Source: Xylella taiwanensis (GTDB lineage: Bacteria; Pseudomonadota; Gammaproteobacteria; Xanthomonadales; Xanthomonadaceae). Taken from it: 32,000 nucleotides of DNA. Shown piece after piece: positions 1 through 10,747 of this stretch; the first letter of the stretch is position 1, and each line of letters begins with the position of its first letter. The notes under the pieces were generated by a model. That model saw only the letters and a program-made list of their open reading frames with translations. It was not told where the DNA came from and did not search any database. The position numbers and the translations under genes are program-made. Where the stretch lies: contig NZ_CP053627.1 in NCBI RefSeq assembly GCF_013177435.1, positions 2,490,001 to 2,522,000 on the forward strand. Direction: 5' to 3'.

Positions 1-470
1 CTCGCAGAGATTGATGTTTGCGGCGATGTTACGGGCTGGCTGAAGAAAATTCATGCCATGTTGCGGTAGTGACCACATAGAAGAAAAAAGTGCCATCTAT
101 ACGATCAAAATGCAGGATGGCTTCATGAGATAGGTTTTGCTTTTGCTGCTCTTTGCCTCTGTCAGAAGCCGATAGACACTGACCACGCCAAGATAGGGTT
201 CCGGCTTACAACCCCCTATGGGATGTAATGATGACTGACGACAACCAGCCGCCGATGTTCGGCCCCTCTTTCGTGATCGACACGGCCAGCCATGAGCCAC
301 ATTCCGGCAAGTGTGTACTGATGCACCAGATGATGGCCGCAATGATCATCGGCAACTGCACCGCGACCATTCCGCTGAAATTCGATTTCGGTGGCACTCA
401 CCCAAGGCATAGCGTGCTTATCGGGCCGACAGGCAATGCAGAAACGCATTGACCTAGCGTGAGATAAACC

Positions 471-960
471 TTGTTGATTGGCTATACACTGGTCTCAACA
501 CAGGATCAGAACCTTGAACTGCAATGCACAGCATTGGCCAAAGCCAGATCCCAAAATGTCTTTGAAGACAAAATGAGCGGCACACGGGCAGACCGCCCAT
601 GCTTGGCCCAGACGCTTGAAATGCTAGGCGAGGGCGACACACTGGCTGTCTGGAATCTCGACTGGCTGGGCCAGTCGGTCAAGCAACTTCAATATAGTCA
701 GCAAATTGCACCCGCAGGGCATCCAGTTCAGAAGCCTCACCGACTCCATTGACACCGGTACGCCATCCGGACGGTTTCCAGATCATGGCTAACCTGGCCG
801 AGATGGAGCGCGAGCTAATCATCGAACACACCCATGCTAGGTTGTAAGTTGCCAAGCAGCTTGGCCGCAAGCCGAACAGGTCGCCGCCATGAGCGCGAAC
901 GTAGGCGAGGGTGAGAAAAGTACAGCGGTTCAATACTGTGGTTCCAGCTTACTGGCCCAA
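471..960 (+). pseudogene. serine recombinase (resolvase/DNA-invertase family) relic, frameshifted
   Basis: ORF 471..752 (TTG start) begins MLIGYTLVSTQDQNLELQ...DRPCLAQTLEMLGEGDTLAVWNLDWLGQS. This matches the catalytic-domain pattern of serine recombinases (YxxVSTxDQ ... DRPGL ... GDTLVVWKLDRLGRS). Homology continues in a second frame from 718 (GIQFRSLTDSIDTGTPSGRF). It continues in a third frame from 785 (MANLAEMERELIIEHTHARL), followed by an in-frame TAA at 845-847 and then AKQLGRKPN. That makes at least two frameshifts plus a stop. The 3' limit is approximate. Confidence 0.7.
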
Positions 961-1249
961 CCAGCTTGTTGAATTCTCTGATGAACACCTTATTCCCTGA
1001 CCAGAAAAGCAGCATTGCCGAGCAATGCATGCGTTGCCTGCTGACTGCGCTCGATCTTAGTCAACCGCCCTTGTCGGACGGTCGAGTGACTTGTTGCGGA
1101 TGTGTTTCGATAGGTAATAGGTACTTGTAGCTAGCCAGCGCGGCCGCCTCGTCCTTCGTATATCAAACAGAGATGGATTTTGTAGTATTCGTTGGCGTTT
1201 TTTGTCCATATTGATATTTCAATAATGAATCTATATCGTCTTCTGCTAG

Positions 1250-2068
<819 letters not shown>

Positions 2069-2078
2069 CACGTATCTA

Positions 2079-2789
2079 ATGACAGGCGCACCTATGACTG
2101 ATGTTATCAACGTGCTGTCTTTTCTACTGCAAGGTATCAGCAATACGTTGATAGTAACGTTTACTTGCTTTGTGTCTGCACTGTTTACAGGACTCACGGT
2201 CGCTGTTATACGGCGACTGAATTTCCAGATTGTTACTCCACTTCTAGACGTTTCGGTGTACCTGTTTCGTTGTATCCCAATACTTATCCTCGTTTTTCTT
2301 GTTTATTTTGGCCTTTCGTCTAAAGGAATCTCTCTTTCTCCCCTTATTGCGATGAATATCAGCGTCGCTTTGGTCAGCGGAAGTTACCTAGCAGAAGTAT
2401 TTCGCGGAGCGCTTGGACTGATAGAACGTACCGAAATAGAAGTGGCAGAAACGGCGGGACTCAGTCATTTTCAGAGAATAAGAAGTATTGAGTTACCGCA
2501 GATGTTTCGTTTTGCTGTTCCTGGGATCCTCAATGAATTTTCATCGATACTGAAAGCCTCTCCTTTCGCCTATACAGTTGGTATTACTGAAATGACGAAA
2601 CAAGCCATGACTCTGACGGTGGTGACTATGAACGGGCTAGCCGTATATTCGATCACCGGAATACTTTATTTTATTATTTATAAATTTTCTGCGTCAGTGG
2701 CTGGAATGCTTGAAAATAAACTACACATATCAGGCAATGAGCTGAACGAAAGAAGAGTTAAAACGCATGACATTAATAAAATTAAGTAA
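2079..2789 (+). CDS. amino acid ABC transporter permease (His/Glu/Gln/Arg/opine family)
   Basis: 236 aa multi-pass hydrophobic protein with an EAA-loop-like segment (EVAETAGLSHFQRIRSIELPQ). It sits between the SBP and ATPase genes. An alternative start is M6 at 2094. Confidence 0.88.
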   Translation: MTGAPMTDVINVLSFLLQGISNTLIVTFTCFVSALFTGLTVAVIRRLNFQIVTPLLDVSVYLFRCIPILILVFLVYFGLSSKGISLSPLIAMNISVALVSGSYLAEVFRGALGLIERTEIEVAETAGLSHFQRIRSIELPQMFRFAVPGILNEFSSILKASPFAYTVGITEMTKQAMTLTVVTMNGLAVYSITGILYFIIYKFSASVAGMLENKLHISGNELNERRVKTHDINKIK

Positions 2790-3486
2790 CATCAGCAAGT
2801 CGCTTGGCCACAGAAAAGTCCTGGACAATATCAGTATCACGATAAATCCTGGAGAAGCAAAGGTTATTATGGGGCCGTCGGGTTGTGGTAAAACAACGCT
2901 GCTGCGTTGTCTGGCAAAACTTGAAGTTCCGGATTCAGGCGAGATATTTTTTCATGGCCAGAACATTTATGACGATGTATTCAACGTACTCGGATTCAGA
3001 AAGAAAGTCGGATTCGTTTTTCAGAATTACGCGTTATACCGCCATCTCAACGTGATCGATAATATTACGCTGGCACTCAGGCAGGTATTTGGTATGTCCG
3101 CAAAAGAAGCCAGAAATAAGGCATTTTGCGAGCTCGAGAAGCTGGATATGACAGCACACAGCACGAAGTATCCCTCCCAGCTTTCCGGTGGTCAACAGCA
3201 GCGTGTGGCCTTGATTCGGGTACTGGTGACCGATCCTGAAGTTGTTATTTTTGACGAACCAACATCGGCTTTGGATCCGCTGATGACGCGTGAAGTAGGC
3301 TCTCTTATCAGGCAAATCCAGAGCCGCCATGTGACAATCCTTTGCGTCACTCATGACGTGCGCCTTGCTCAGATGCTTTGCGACAGGGTGATATACCTCA
3401 GTCGCGGCCGTGTATGCGCAGAAGGAAGCCCGGATGAGCTTTCTACATATGGCGCAAGTGATGAAATCCGCAGTTTTTTTGGGTAA
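2767..3486 (+). CDS. amino acid ABC transporter ATP-binding protein
   Basis: 239 aa. Motifs present: Walker A GPSGCGKTT, Q-loop FQNYAL, ABC signature LSGGQQQRVAL, Walker B VVIFDEPTSALD, H-loop CVTHD. It overlaps the upstream permease by 23 nt. Confidence 0.95.
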   Translation: MTLIKLSNISKSLGHRKVLDNISITINPGEAKVIMGPSGCGKTTLLRCLAKLEVPDSGEIFFHGQNIYDDVFNVLGFRKKVGFVFQNYALYRHLNVIDNITLALRQVFGMSAKEARNKAFCELEKLDMTAHSTKYPSQLSGGQQQRVALIRVLVTDPEVVIFDEPTSALDPLMTREVGSLIRQIQSRHVTILCVTHDVRLAQMLCDRVIYLSRGRVCAEGSPDELSTYGASDEIRSFFG

Positions 3487-3492
3487 ATGTAG

Positions 3493-4158
3493 ATGCTGGC
3501 AGGATGGGAAAATTTTATGGGCGACCTCCAGGAGCAGTTCCCGTTGGTGCTGGATGGTGTAAAAAAAACACTGTTACTGGCGCTGACGGTCTCCTTAACC
3601 GGTTTTTTGTGGGGCATAGTCATTTTTTTTCTCAGCATCAGCCACCATCCAGTGATTAAAAGGCTGACGAAGATTTATATGGATTTTTTTATCGGTACGC
3701 CACTGATAATTATACTTTTTGTTATTTATTATGGCCTGCCTCAAACCGGCATACATCTTTCACCTTTCAACGTCGCGTTAACCGGATTTACTCTGAATGT
3801 GGGGGCTTACAACGCCGCTTATATGACAACAGCTTTCAACGCCATAGCCCCGTCCCAAGCTGAAACCGCGACGGTGCAGGGATTTACCCGGTGGCAGGTT
3901 TTTCGTCTGATTTTATTACCGCAGGTTCTCCTTGCTTCTGTGCCGGCGTTGACAAATCAGGTGGTCAGCAATATTAAAGACAGTACAGTGGCATTTCTCA
4001 TACAATATCCTGAATTTTTTGCCCGTATTCAGGAGGTTGCCGCAGCGGATTTTGAGTTTTTCAAAGCTTATTTGTTTGCAGCAATCGTGTACCTGATACT
4101 TATCACCACGATCATTATCTTAGTCAAGGCAGCAAAGCATTGCTTTATAAGTCGGTAG
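3493..4158 (+). CDS. amino acid ABC transporter permease (second TMD)
   Basis: 221 aa multi-pass membrane protein with an EAA-like loop (ETATVQGFTRWQVFRLILLPQ). The true start may be the ATG at 3517, which has an AGGA upstream. It is the last gene of the AT-rich cluster. Confidence 0.87.
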   Translation: MLAGWENFMGDLQEQFPLVLDGVKKTLLLALTVSLTGFLWGIVIFFLSISHHPVIKRLTKIYMDFFIGTPLIIILFVIYYGLPQTGIHLSPFNVALTGFTLNVGAYNAAYMTTAFNAIAPSQAETATVQGFTRWQVFRLILLPQVLLASVPALTNQVVSNIKDSTVAFLIQYPEFFARIQEVAAADFEFFKAYLFAAIVYLILITTIIILVKAAKHCFISR

Positions 4159-5048
4159 AATAGAATTCCCGTGGGATATTGTGGCGCGTCTCCAACTTAT
4201 TCAAGCATGAGCAAAATGCTAAACATGTCCCATATTGGGGTTGTACACCGGAACCACCCAAAATTCTGCAAACGCCTCTTTTAAATGATCTAAGGTAGGC
4301 AGGATCGACACCGATCCGGTCATAGATACGTTGCTCAGGGTCAGCAAGAGCCATCAATCGGCAACACTCACCCAATGCTCGAATAACACCCCACTGAGCA
4401 CTGTTAGTATCCTGAAACTCATCCAGGACGATGACCGGATACATTATGCTTATCAGGCTTCGGATACGTACGCTGCCGTGCAGGAGTTTTTCCACATAGG
4501 GCATGTACAGGTCGAAGCACGCACGCCCTGGCTTCGTATGCAAGCCGTACCTGTTCGGTCTCCTCGACCACTCTTTTAGCCGCCTGCTGCAGGTGTTTGA
4601 GGCTTTTGGCTTGAAAGTTAAAGCGAATTGAAGAGAGCGCAACAGCCTCTTCAGCAGGCGTGAGAATACTCAAGCACCGTGGTAACCCGACGAAGTAACC
4701 ATGTATCTTGAGAATTCACCAAAACCGAAGGAGTAGTACGTTTCCACATCAATGCGTTTCTGCTGTGCAGGAAGGAAGGTTCCGCTCATACTCAATGGCT
4801 GCGACGACGCATGAAATCGTTGCACGGGCAAAGCTGAGGAACAGAATGCTTTGGCCGGACCAAAGGTGCTTTTCGACGATCTGTGCTGCCTTCAGGATGG
4901 AGATGGTGGTCTTACCAGAACCTGGTCCACCAACGATAAGAAGATGTCCATCTGCCGCAATGACATCTTGTTGACCTTGCGTCAACTGCATTGATCTAGG
5001 CTTCCTGGGATGCAACGGCTGCTTGCGTTGCCCGGAGCGGGGATTCAC
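4145..5048 (-). pseudogene. UvrD/Rep-superfamily (SF1) helicase relic, frameshifted and 3'-truncated
   Basis: ORF 4749..5048 carries LTQGQQDVI...LLIVGGPGSGKTT (motif Q plus Walker A). Homology resumes in other frames. ORF 4145..4642 carries VIVLDEFQDTNSAQW (motif II) and LADPEQRIYD (motif III-like). Three different frames are needed to follow it. The reading frame ends inside the stop region of the ABC permease gene, and no C-terminal helicase half is present. Confidence 0.75.
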
Positions 5049-5693
5049 ATGCTGCTTTCAACTTCAAGGCGACATCGCACAGCCACTGAGGAATTTCGGC
5101 ACAACCGCTTTTGCGTGTCCACACGCAGTGTCCAAGTGTCCAGCACGGCCTCTGAGCGATGCTTGCTCAGCAGATGCGTGGCATCGTTAATGAAGGTCAC
5201 GCGACTCGGACCATGCATGTCCATTGATGCATGGCATCACGCATGGAATGAGCCCGACGGATAGACAATCGCCACACTCCACCAATGGAGTATGTCGCGA
5301 TTGTCAACACGGCATCACTGGGCAACACGCAGAACATTTCTTCACGTGCTCCTACAGAGCCACACTCCGCGGGTGAACATCTCTGTGGAATCTCCCTAGT
5401 CACTGGCTCGGAAAACACATGTGTATTCATGGTGCATCGGTGTGTATCACACCAATCCGATGACTAATGTTTAGTCTGCACTTTACTGATCATTAAAGAT
5501 GCAGCTCGAATCCAATCTCAACACCTCCAACCAGACACAGTCATCCAGGTAGGACCTCAACTCGGTCTAGCTGCTTTGCAAGCCATTGAGTGACTCATCA
5601 ATGATTTTTGCGCTGTATCGCTGGAACTATGCCGCCCGAATGCAATACCGGCACCTCATGCATACCTGGCTTGCTAGCACGAGGTACTGGTTC

Positions 5694-6290
5694 TCAATGC
5701 ACTGACGCTTTGAGGTACGTGCTGATACCGTCTAGGAGCATCTGCACCGAGATCGCCACCAGCAACATACCCATCAACCTCTCCAGGGCTGCCAGCACAC
5801 GATGGCCTAGCAGTTTGTACAAGAAAGTCGCGGAAAATAAGATCGCTGCAGTTGCTCCCCAAGCCAGCAACAGCGCCAAGTTCCAATCCCACAACCGAGC
5901 CGGTTCGTTGCTCCCCATCAGCATCACTGCGGCCATGCCCGATGGACCAGCGACCAGTGGGATAGCTAATGGCACGATGAAAGGTTCGCCATCAGGGATT
6001 TCACCCATCAACCCTTCTGGCCGGGGAAAGATCATACGGATACCAATCAGGAACAAGACAATGCCTCCGGCAATCGCCACTGACTCTTGTCGCAAGTGCA
6101 TCAGTTCCAATACGTACTTGCCACCCCATAGGAAACCAATGAGTACTATCAGCGCAATCAGCAATTCGCGCACCAGTACCACACGTTGACGTCGGACGGG
6201 CAATGGCTTGAGCACGCTGAGGAACACTGGGATGTTGCCCAATGGGTCAAGGATCAGGAACAGTAACAGCGCAGCAGACATAATCGTCAT
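5694..6290 (-). CDS. MarC family (UPF0056) integral membrane protein
   Basis: 198 aa when started at the internal ATG at 6288-6290 (MTIMSAALLLFLILDPLGNIPVFLS...). This is the typical MarC-family N-terminus, with about 6 TM segments and family-typical length. The track ORF (to 6620) adds 110 non-homologous codons. Confidence 0.85.
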   Translation of the reverse strand: MTIMSAALLLFLILDPLGNIPVFLSVLKPLPVRRQRVVLVRELLIALIVLIGFLWGGKYVLELMHLRQESVAIAGGIVLFLIGIRMIFPRPEGLMGEIPDGEPFIVPLAIPLVAGPSGMAAVMLMGSNEPARLWDWNLALLLAWGATAAILFSATFLYKLLGHRVLAALERLMGMLLVAISVQMLLDGISTYLKASVH

Positions 6291-6953
6291 GGGATAGAAC
6301 TCCAGATCACTCCACGGTGTAAACGCTCGATAAAAACAATGAATGTATGCAAGACAGATCGACGCATATTCCCGAGCATCGAAGTTGCCAGCTCCCTTCA
6401 CTTCTTGGCCCTGGATACAAGCCCTGATCTGCTTACCACACCTGCAATTGGTTCGGTATACAGACGTATAACCCGGGTCCGCCGGGGATACTGCGCCAAT
6501 TGCGGTCACCCTCTCTCCCAATAAGCTTGGCTCACCCCATCTGACGTTGGTCATGAAGATCCAAGCGATGTCAGCCTGTGGACGCAGCAGCGCCAGGAAA
6601 GTTTGACCGAACCGCAGCATTTGATCAGGTTCGGGTATCTATTGCGCGCCGATGCTGCTGGATCGGCCAGATCCGCTTGGCATCAAACTGAGCAAGCTCA
6701 CGGCGCAGCACAGGATACCGTGAAATCTACCCAAGCCGCCCTACGAGATCTGCATAGACCCAGTCCCTCCGTCTGGGGAAGCATCGCTGCATACTCCAAC
6801 GGATATCAAAACGATCAAAACGGAGCACGACGTAGCAGCACTTCAAGGACGACGACCACCTGGGAAAGATCACTGTAGACGCCGCAATCTCCGTTCACAC
6901 TAGTCACCCACGTCACTCAGTCATCCAATACGCTTCCTACAACGCGTATGAAC

Positions 6954-7274
6954 TCAAGGCTGATCAGCGTCGCTGACGATACGCTTGAGCTCACCAGATT
7001 CGAACAACTCCAAGATGATCTCGCAGCCACCGATCAATTCGCCATGGATGAACAGCTGTGGGAAAGTCGGCCAATTGGAGAAGCGTGGCAAGTTGGCACG
7101 AATCTCTGCTTCGGCAAGCACGTTCACAATATGCAGATGATGCGCGCCAGCGGCGAACAACGCCTGGGTGGCTCGGCTGGAATAACCACACATCGGAAAG
7201 TCACGGGTCCCTTTCATGAATAACACTAATGGATGCGCTTCGATTTCAGTCTGGATCCGCTCCATCACCAACAT
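6954..7274 (-). CDS. grxD: monothiol glutaredoxin (Grx4/GrxD family)
   Basis: 106 aa that aligns along its length with E. coli GrxD as I recall it (xxIxxxIxxxPxxLxMKG...CGxS...NWPTFPQLxxxGELxGGCDI). The active site reads CGYS. A GGGAGA RBS lies 5 nt upstream of the ATG. Confidence 0.9.
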   Translation of the reverse strand: MLVMERIQTEIEAHPLVLFMKGTRDFPMCGYSSRATQALFAAGAHHLHIVNVLAEAEIRANLPRFSNWPTFPQLFIHGELIGGCEIILELFESGELKRIVSDADQP

Positions 7275-7970
7275 ACGATTCTCCCAACGTGAGGCAGGTG
7301 CCCTGTCAGTCAGCTAGACTTCTACTACGCAGGGTACATTGTAACCTCCGTATTACTAACAACGTTCCACACCAAGCGAACAGAGTCTCCGATCCTATTT
7401 CCACCGCACCCTGGACCGTACCTGCCCATGCTCAGTTTGGAAAGGCATGAGGTGCACCTGCAATGCAGCAAGATGCATGACAGTGTTAAAAGAAAACCAT
7501 GGCGACAGCAACGATGGCTAAATGGTTTCCAAATACATAGATACGAGGTGTGGTCAGGTTGCTTGTTTGAACTGGCCGTACAGGCCAGGAACCTCAACTA
7601 CAGGAACGGCGCGTTGTATTCATCTGGTTCATACACTGGGTAGTAGCAAGCCTGTACTAGACACATGCACCATCATCCAGTAACACAGGCTTCACGCATT
7701 CACTTAGCCATTCGAGAGAACAACACCCATACTTGTGCCGATCTCTGCTTGGATCTCCTTAGCCCGGGAAACGTACAACACCATGGGACACTGGCGTAGC
7801 GCTGCCAGGCAAGGACACACCAACGGCTAGCGTGCAATCGCTGGAAACAGATGTATTTTCACACTGCAGGCCCAATCAAACGGGCTATCTGAAAGTATTT
7901 TAGACACCGGGGCATCAAGGCATTGCAACGGGCCGATACGCTGAGCTGTCCACCGGTCGCTAACACCACG

Positions 7971-9155
7971 TTAGGGACGTGAGGATGCCGCACAGGCATA
8001 CCTCCGGGATACCTGCTCGGATAAACGCTCCAGCACCACAGCCACGCGCGTTTGATCCCCCAACACCGTACCCAAATGCTCCAAGGAAGCAACCAAACTC
8101 TCAGGTTGATCTGCACGTAGTGTGACATGACCGACTTTGCGCCCGTCGCGCGGCTGCTTGCCATAGTCGTGCCAATGGACGCCTGGGACGGCCAGTAGCG
8201 CATGTTTATCAGGCATGACACCCAACCAATTGAGCATGCAGGCATAGCCTCGAATCTCGGTGCTACCCAGTGGTAGGCCTAGTACAGCACGCAGGTGGTT
8301 TTCAAACTGCGAAGTTTCAGCCCCCTCGATCGTCCAGTGTCCGGAATTATGGACACGTGGTGCCATCTCGTTGGCCAGTAATCGGCCATCGTGGAGGAAC
8401 ATCTCTAGTGCGAACACTCCCACGTAGTCCAATCGCTCAGCCAATACGCACGCATAGGCCTCAGCCACAACCTGCAACGCTGGATCAACGGTCATTGGAG
8501 CCAAACTGACAGACAGCACGCCGTCAACATGCCAGTTCTCGGTCAGCGGCCAAGAACGAAACTGACCGTTACAATCGCGCACAGCGATGATGCTCATCTC
8601 ACGCTGGAATGGCACGAAGGCTTCCAAAATCAGCCCTGTTATCTCGGCTTGCTCACCCAGCATGGCCCAAGCCACATCAACATCGGTCAGCGTCTTAATC
8701 CGGAACTGACCTTTGCCATCGTAACCAAGGCGACGGGTCTTGAGGATACATGGTGTACCAATCTTGACGATGGCCGCATCCAAAGCAGCGCGATTGCCGA
8801 TGGCAGCAAAGTCCGGCACCGGGATCCCAAGATCACGAAACAAGGTCTTCTCACTTAACCTGTCCTGGGCTACCGCGAGCGCCTCTGGATTCGGATATAC
8901 CGAGACGTGTTCTGTCAGTGTTTGCACACTGGCAACCGGGATGTTTTCAGAGTCAAAAGTGAGAACATCGACGCGATTCACAAAGTCACGCAACACAGTG
9001 CGATCATCGAAACGACCCACCCAAAGCGGCGCAATCTGCCCAGCACAAGCGTCAACAGTCTGATCAAACACACACACTCGCACCCCCAATGGGGGTGCAA
9101 CCAACGCTAACATACGAGCCAGTTGCCCGCCTCCAAGAATACCGAGCGCGGTCAT
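7971..9155 (-). CDS. purK: N5-carboxyaminoimidazole ribonucleotide synthase
   Basis: 394 aa ATP-grasp protein with the N-terminus [17 protein letters not shown] typical of PurK. Its ATG overlaps the purE stop in an ATGA junction at 9152-9155, the classical purEK arrangement. Confidence 0.93.
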   Translation of the reverse strand: MTALGILGGGQLARMLALVAPPLGVRVCVFDQTVDACAGQIAPLWVGRFDDRTVLRDFVNRVDVLTFDSENIPVASVQTLTEHVSVYPNPEALAVAQDRLSEKTLFRDLGIPVPDFAAIGNRAALDAAIVKIGTPCILKTRRLGYDGKGQFRIKTLTDVDVAWAMLGEQAEITGLILEAFVPFQREMSIIAVRDCNGQFRSWPLTENWHVDGVLSVSLAPMTVDPALQVVAEAYACVLAERLDYVGVFALEMFLHDGRLLANEMAPRVHNSGHWTIEGAETSQFENHLRAVLGLPLGSTEIRGYACMLNWLGVMPDKHALLAVPGVHWHDYGKQPRDGRKVGHVTLRADQPESLVASLEHLGTVLGDQTRVAVVLERLSEQVSRRYACAASSRP

Positions 9156-9655
9156 TGACGTGGATCTTCCGCAGCAATGACGTCGTCGGTCTGACGTTGG
9201 CGGAACTCCGCCAGCATCTGACGAATCACTGGATATTCGGGTGCCAACAGTGCCGTAGCGAAGAGCGCAGCATTGGCGGCACCGGCGTCCCCAATCGCGA
9301 ACGTGGCCACTGGAATGCCAGCCGGCATCTGCACGATCGATAACAGCGAATCCAAACCATTCAGAGCCTTGGACTGTATTGGTACTCCCAACACTGGAAC
9401 CACCGTCTTAGCCGCCAACATACCCGGCAGATGCGCTGCACCACCGGCCCCGGCAATGATCACACGCAAACCACGACATTCAGCCTGCTCGGCATAAGCA
9501 AACAGCCTATCCGGAGTACGATGCGCCGAAACAACCTTCACTTCGTACGCGACACCGAGGGCATCGAGCTTCTGTGCTGCGTGCTGCATCGTTCCCCAAT
9601 CCGAGCAGGAGCCCATGACGAGGCCAACCAGAGGGGTGGATTGATTGGAGATCAT
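9152..9655 (-). CDS. purE: N5-carboxyaminoimidazole ribonucleotide mutase
   Basis: 167 aa. Contains [11 protein letters not shown]...[11 protein letters not shown]...[14 protein letters not shown]...VPVLGVP...[20 protein letters not shown], which is near-collinear with E. coli PurE. Confidence 0.95.
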   Translation of the reverse strand: MISNQSTPLVGLVMGSCSDWGTMQHAAQKLDALGVAYEVKVVSAHRTPDRLFAYAEQAECRGLRVIIAGAGGAAHLPGMLAAKTVVPVLGVPIQSKALNGLDSLLSIVQMPAGIPVATFAIGDAGAANAALFATALLAPEYPVIRQMLAEFRQRQTDDVIAAEDPRQ

Positions 9656-9717
9656 GACCCTAACCTATCGCAAAGGCGTATTCTAGCCATCTTCCCAGTT
9701 AAGATCAGACGCTCCTA

Positions 9718-9987
9718 ATGGATCGCAAATTGCTTGATTTACTGTGCTCTCCAGATACCCGTCAACCACTGTCCTTACTTGATAGTAAAGGGTTAGAGGC
9801 ACTGAACCAGGCAATCGCCACCGGCACTGTGCAGCGAGCCGACGGGAGCATTCAGGATCAGTCATTACGCGAAGCCCTCCTCACTCGAGACCGCAAACAA
9901 GTGTTCCGAATCGAAGACGGTATTCCGGTGCTACTGTCCGAGGAAGCGATCGCTACGTTACAGATCGCCAACTTCCCCGACAAGTAA
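9718..9987 (+). CDS. Trm112-family small protein
   Basis: 89 aa. The N-terminal LLDLLCSPDTRQPL and C-terminal FRIEDGIPVLLSEEA match the Trm112/UPF0434-type fold signature. It is divergent from purE, with a 62-bp spacer. Confidence 0.72.
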   Translation: MDRKLLDLLCSPDTRQPLSLLDSKGLEALNQAIATGTVQRADGSIQDQSLREALLTRDRKQVFRIEDGIPVLLSEEAIATLQIANFPDK

Positions 9988-10468
9988 GGCAGGTCCGTGA
10001 CCCAAATTGAAACACTATCACCGTCTATACCACCTATCCTGGCGTGCGCGTTGATGAAAATCTGAAAAATAAATCATTTTTCCAGAACCACGCACCATCC
10101 ATTCAGCTTGATACGGATCAACCAGCACATACACGAAGATGAGAAGATGTCAGGCAACACGATATTGGTAGCAGCAGCCACAGCCTGATCTGGATCTAAC
10201 CCACTTCCCTGAAATTTCTTCAGAAATCCAGTATCCACTGTCACCGCTATCGCGGCGTTCGTGCATATGATCGGTGGTACTGGGACCTGTATCCTCAACA
10301 CTTGCAAAAATTTATTGAGTTGGCATCCAGCGCAGCATGCAAGGCACTACGATCGTGGCAATCATCCTGTTTGTCTGTACGACTGTGGTGATAAGCTAAG
10401 CAAACTTACATCCACGCTCTTGTCGTACATACCCATGTACAGCGGTCGACTCCGCTAGTGATTGATAT

Positions 10469-10478
10469 CCCCCCCCCC
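10469..10478. repeat. homopolymeric C10 tract
   Basis: Ten consecutive C read directly at 10469-10478 in an intergenic region. It is immediately followed by the palindrome GTGAAGT-A-ACTTCAC (10479-10493). Confidence 0.95.
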
Positions 10479-10747
10479 GTGAAGTAACTTCACGAACGAC
10501 TGGAAACTGGTTACAGCAAGATATCGATCAACGCCACCACTATATACCCAGCCCGTGAGGCCAAATGCGGTGTGTTACCCAACCTATCTTCCCCTACGGA
10601 GCCAAGACGTCAATCGCTTTGATCAAGTACGGCATGACGTTTACTGCCCTCGTACCCCATCACACTTCACGCCGATAATCAAAACACCAATGGCAGTGTC
10701 AGTGCATCCTAGCGCATAGACCATCGCCGAGATCACGGTTTTAACAT

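Noticed and set aside
1-69. Frame-1 reading frame open from the window edge to a TAG at 67-69 (...AEIDVCGDVTGWLKKIHAMLR).
   Set aside because: Only 22 codons are visible. This cannot be distinguished from chance.
206-452. Three mutually overlapping ORFs (228-452 +, 206-397 -, 216-449 -) upstream of the recombinase relic, plus the inverted repeat CAATGC-N6-GCATTG at 434-451.
   Set aside because: None has a recognisable motif, and they exclude each other. The repeat could be a res subsite or a terminator, but a 6-bp stem is too weak to call.
5608-6189. 193-aa + strand ORF antisense to the MarC-family gene. There are similar long antisense ORFs inside sppA (27415-28044, 27746-28078), purK (8270-9110 series), acvB (18660-19040), opgD (24507-25117), the MATE gene (29134-30345) and rep (22063-23212).
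   Set aside because: Each lies wholly inside a well-supported CDS on the other strand. They have low-complexity, Arg/Pro/Ser/Thr-rich composition and no recognisable motifs. These are typical shadow ORFs of G/C-skewed genes.
6291-6620. 110-codon in-frame N-terminal extension of the MarC-family ORF (the track calls it 308 aa).
   Set aside because: MarC-family proteins are ~200 aa and homology starts at MTIMSAALL (ATG at 6290). The extension is not hydrophobic and matches nothing I recognise. It may be a fossil of an upstream gene that happens to stay open.
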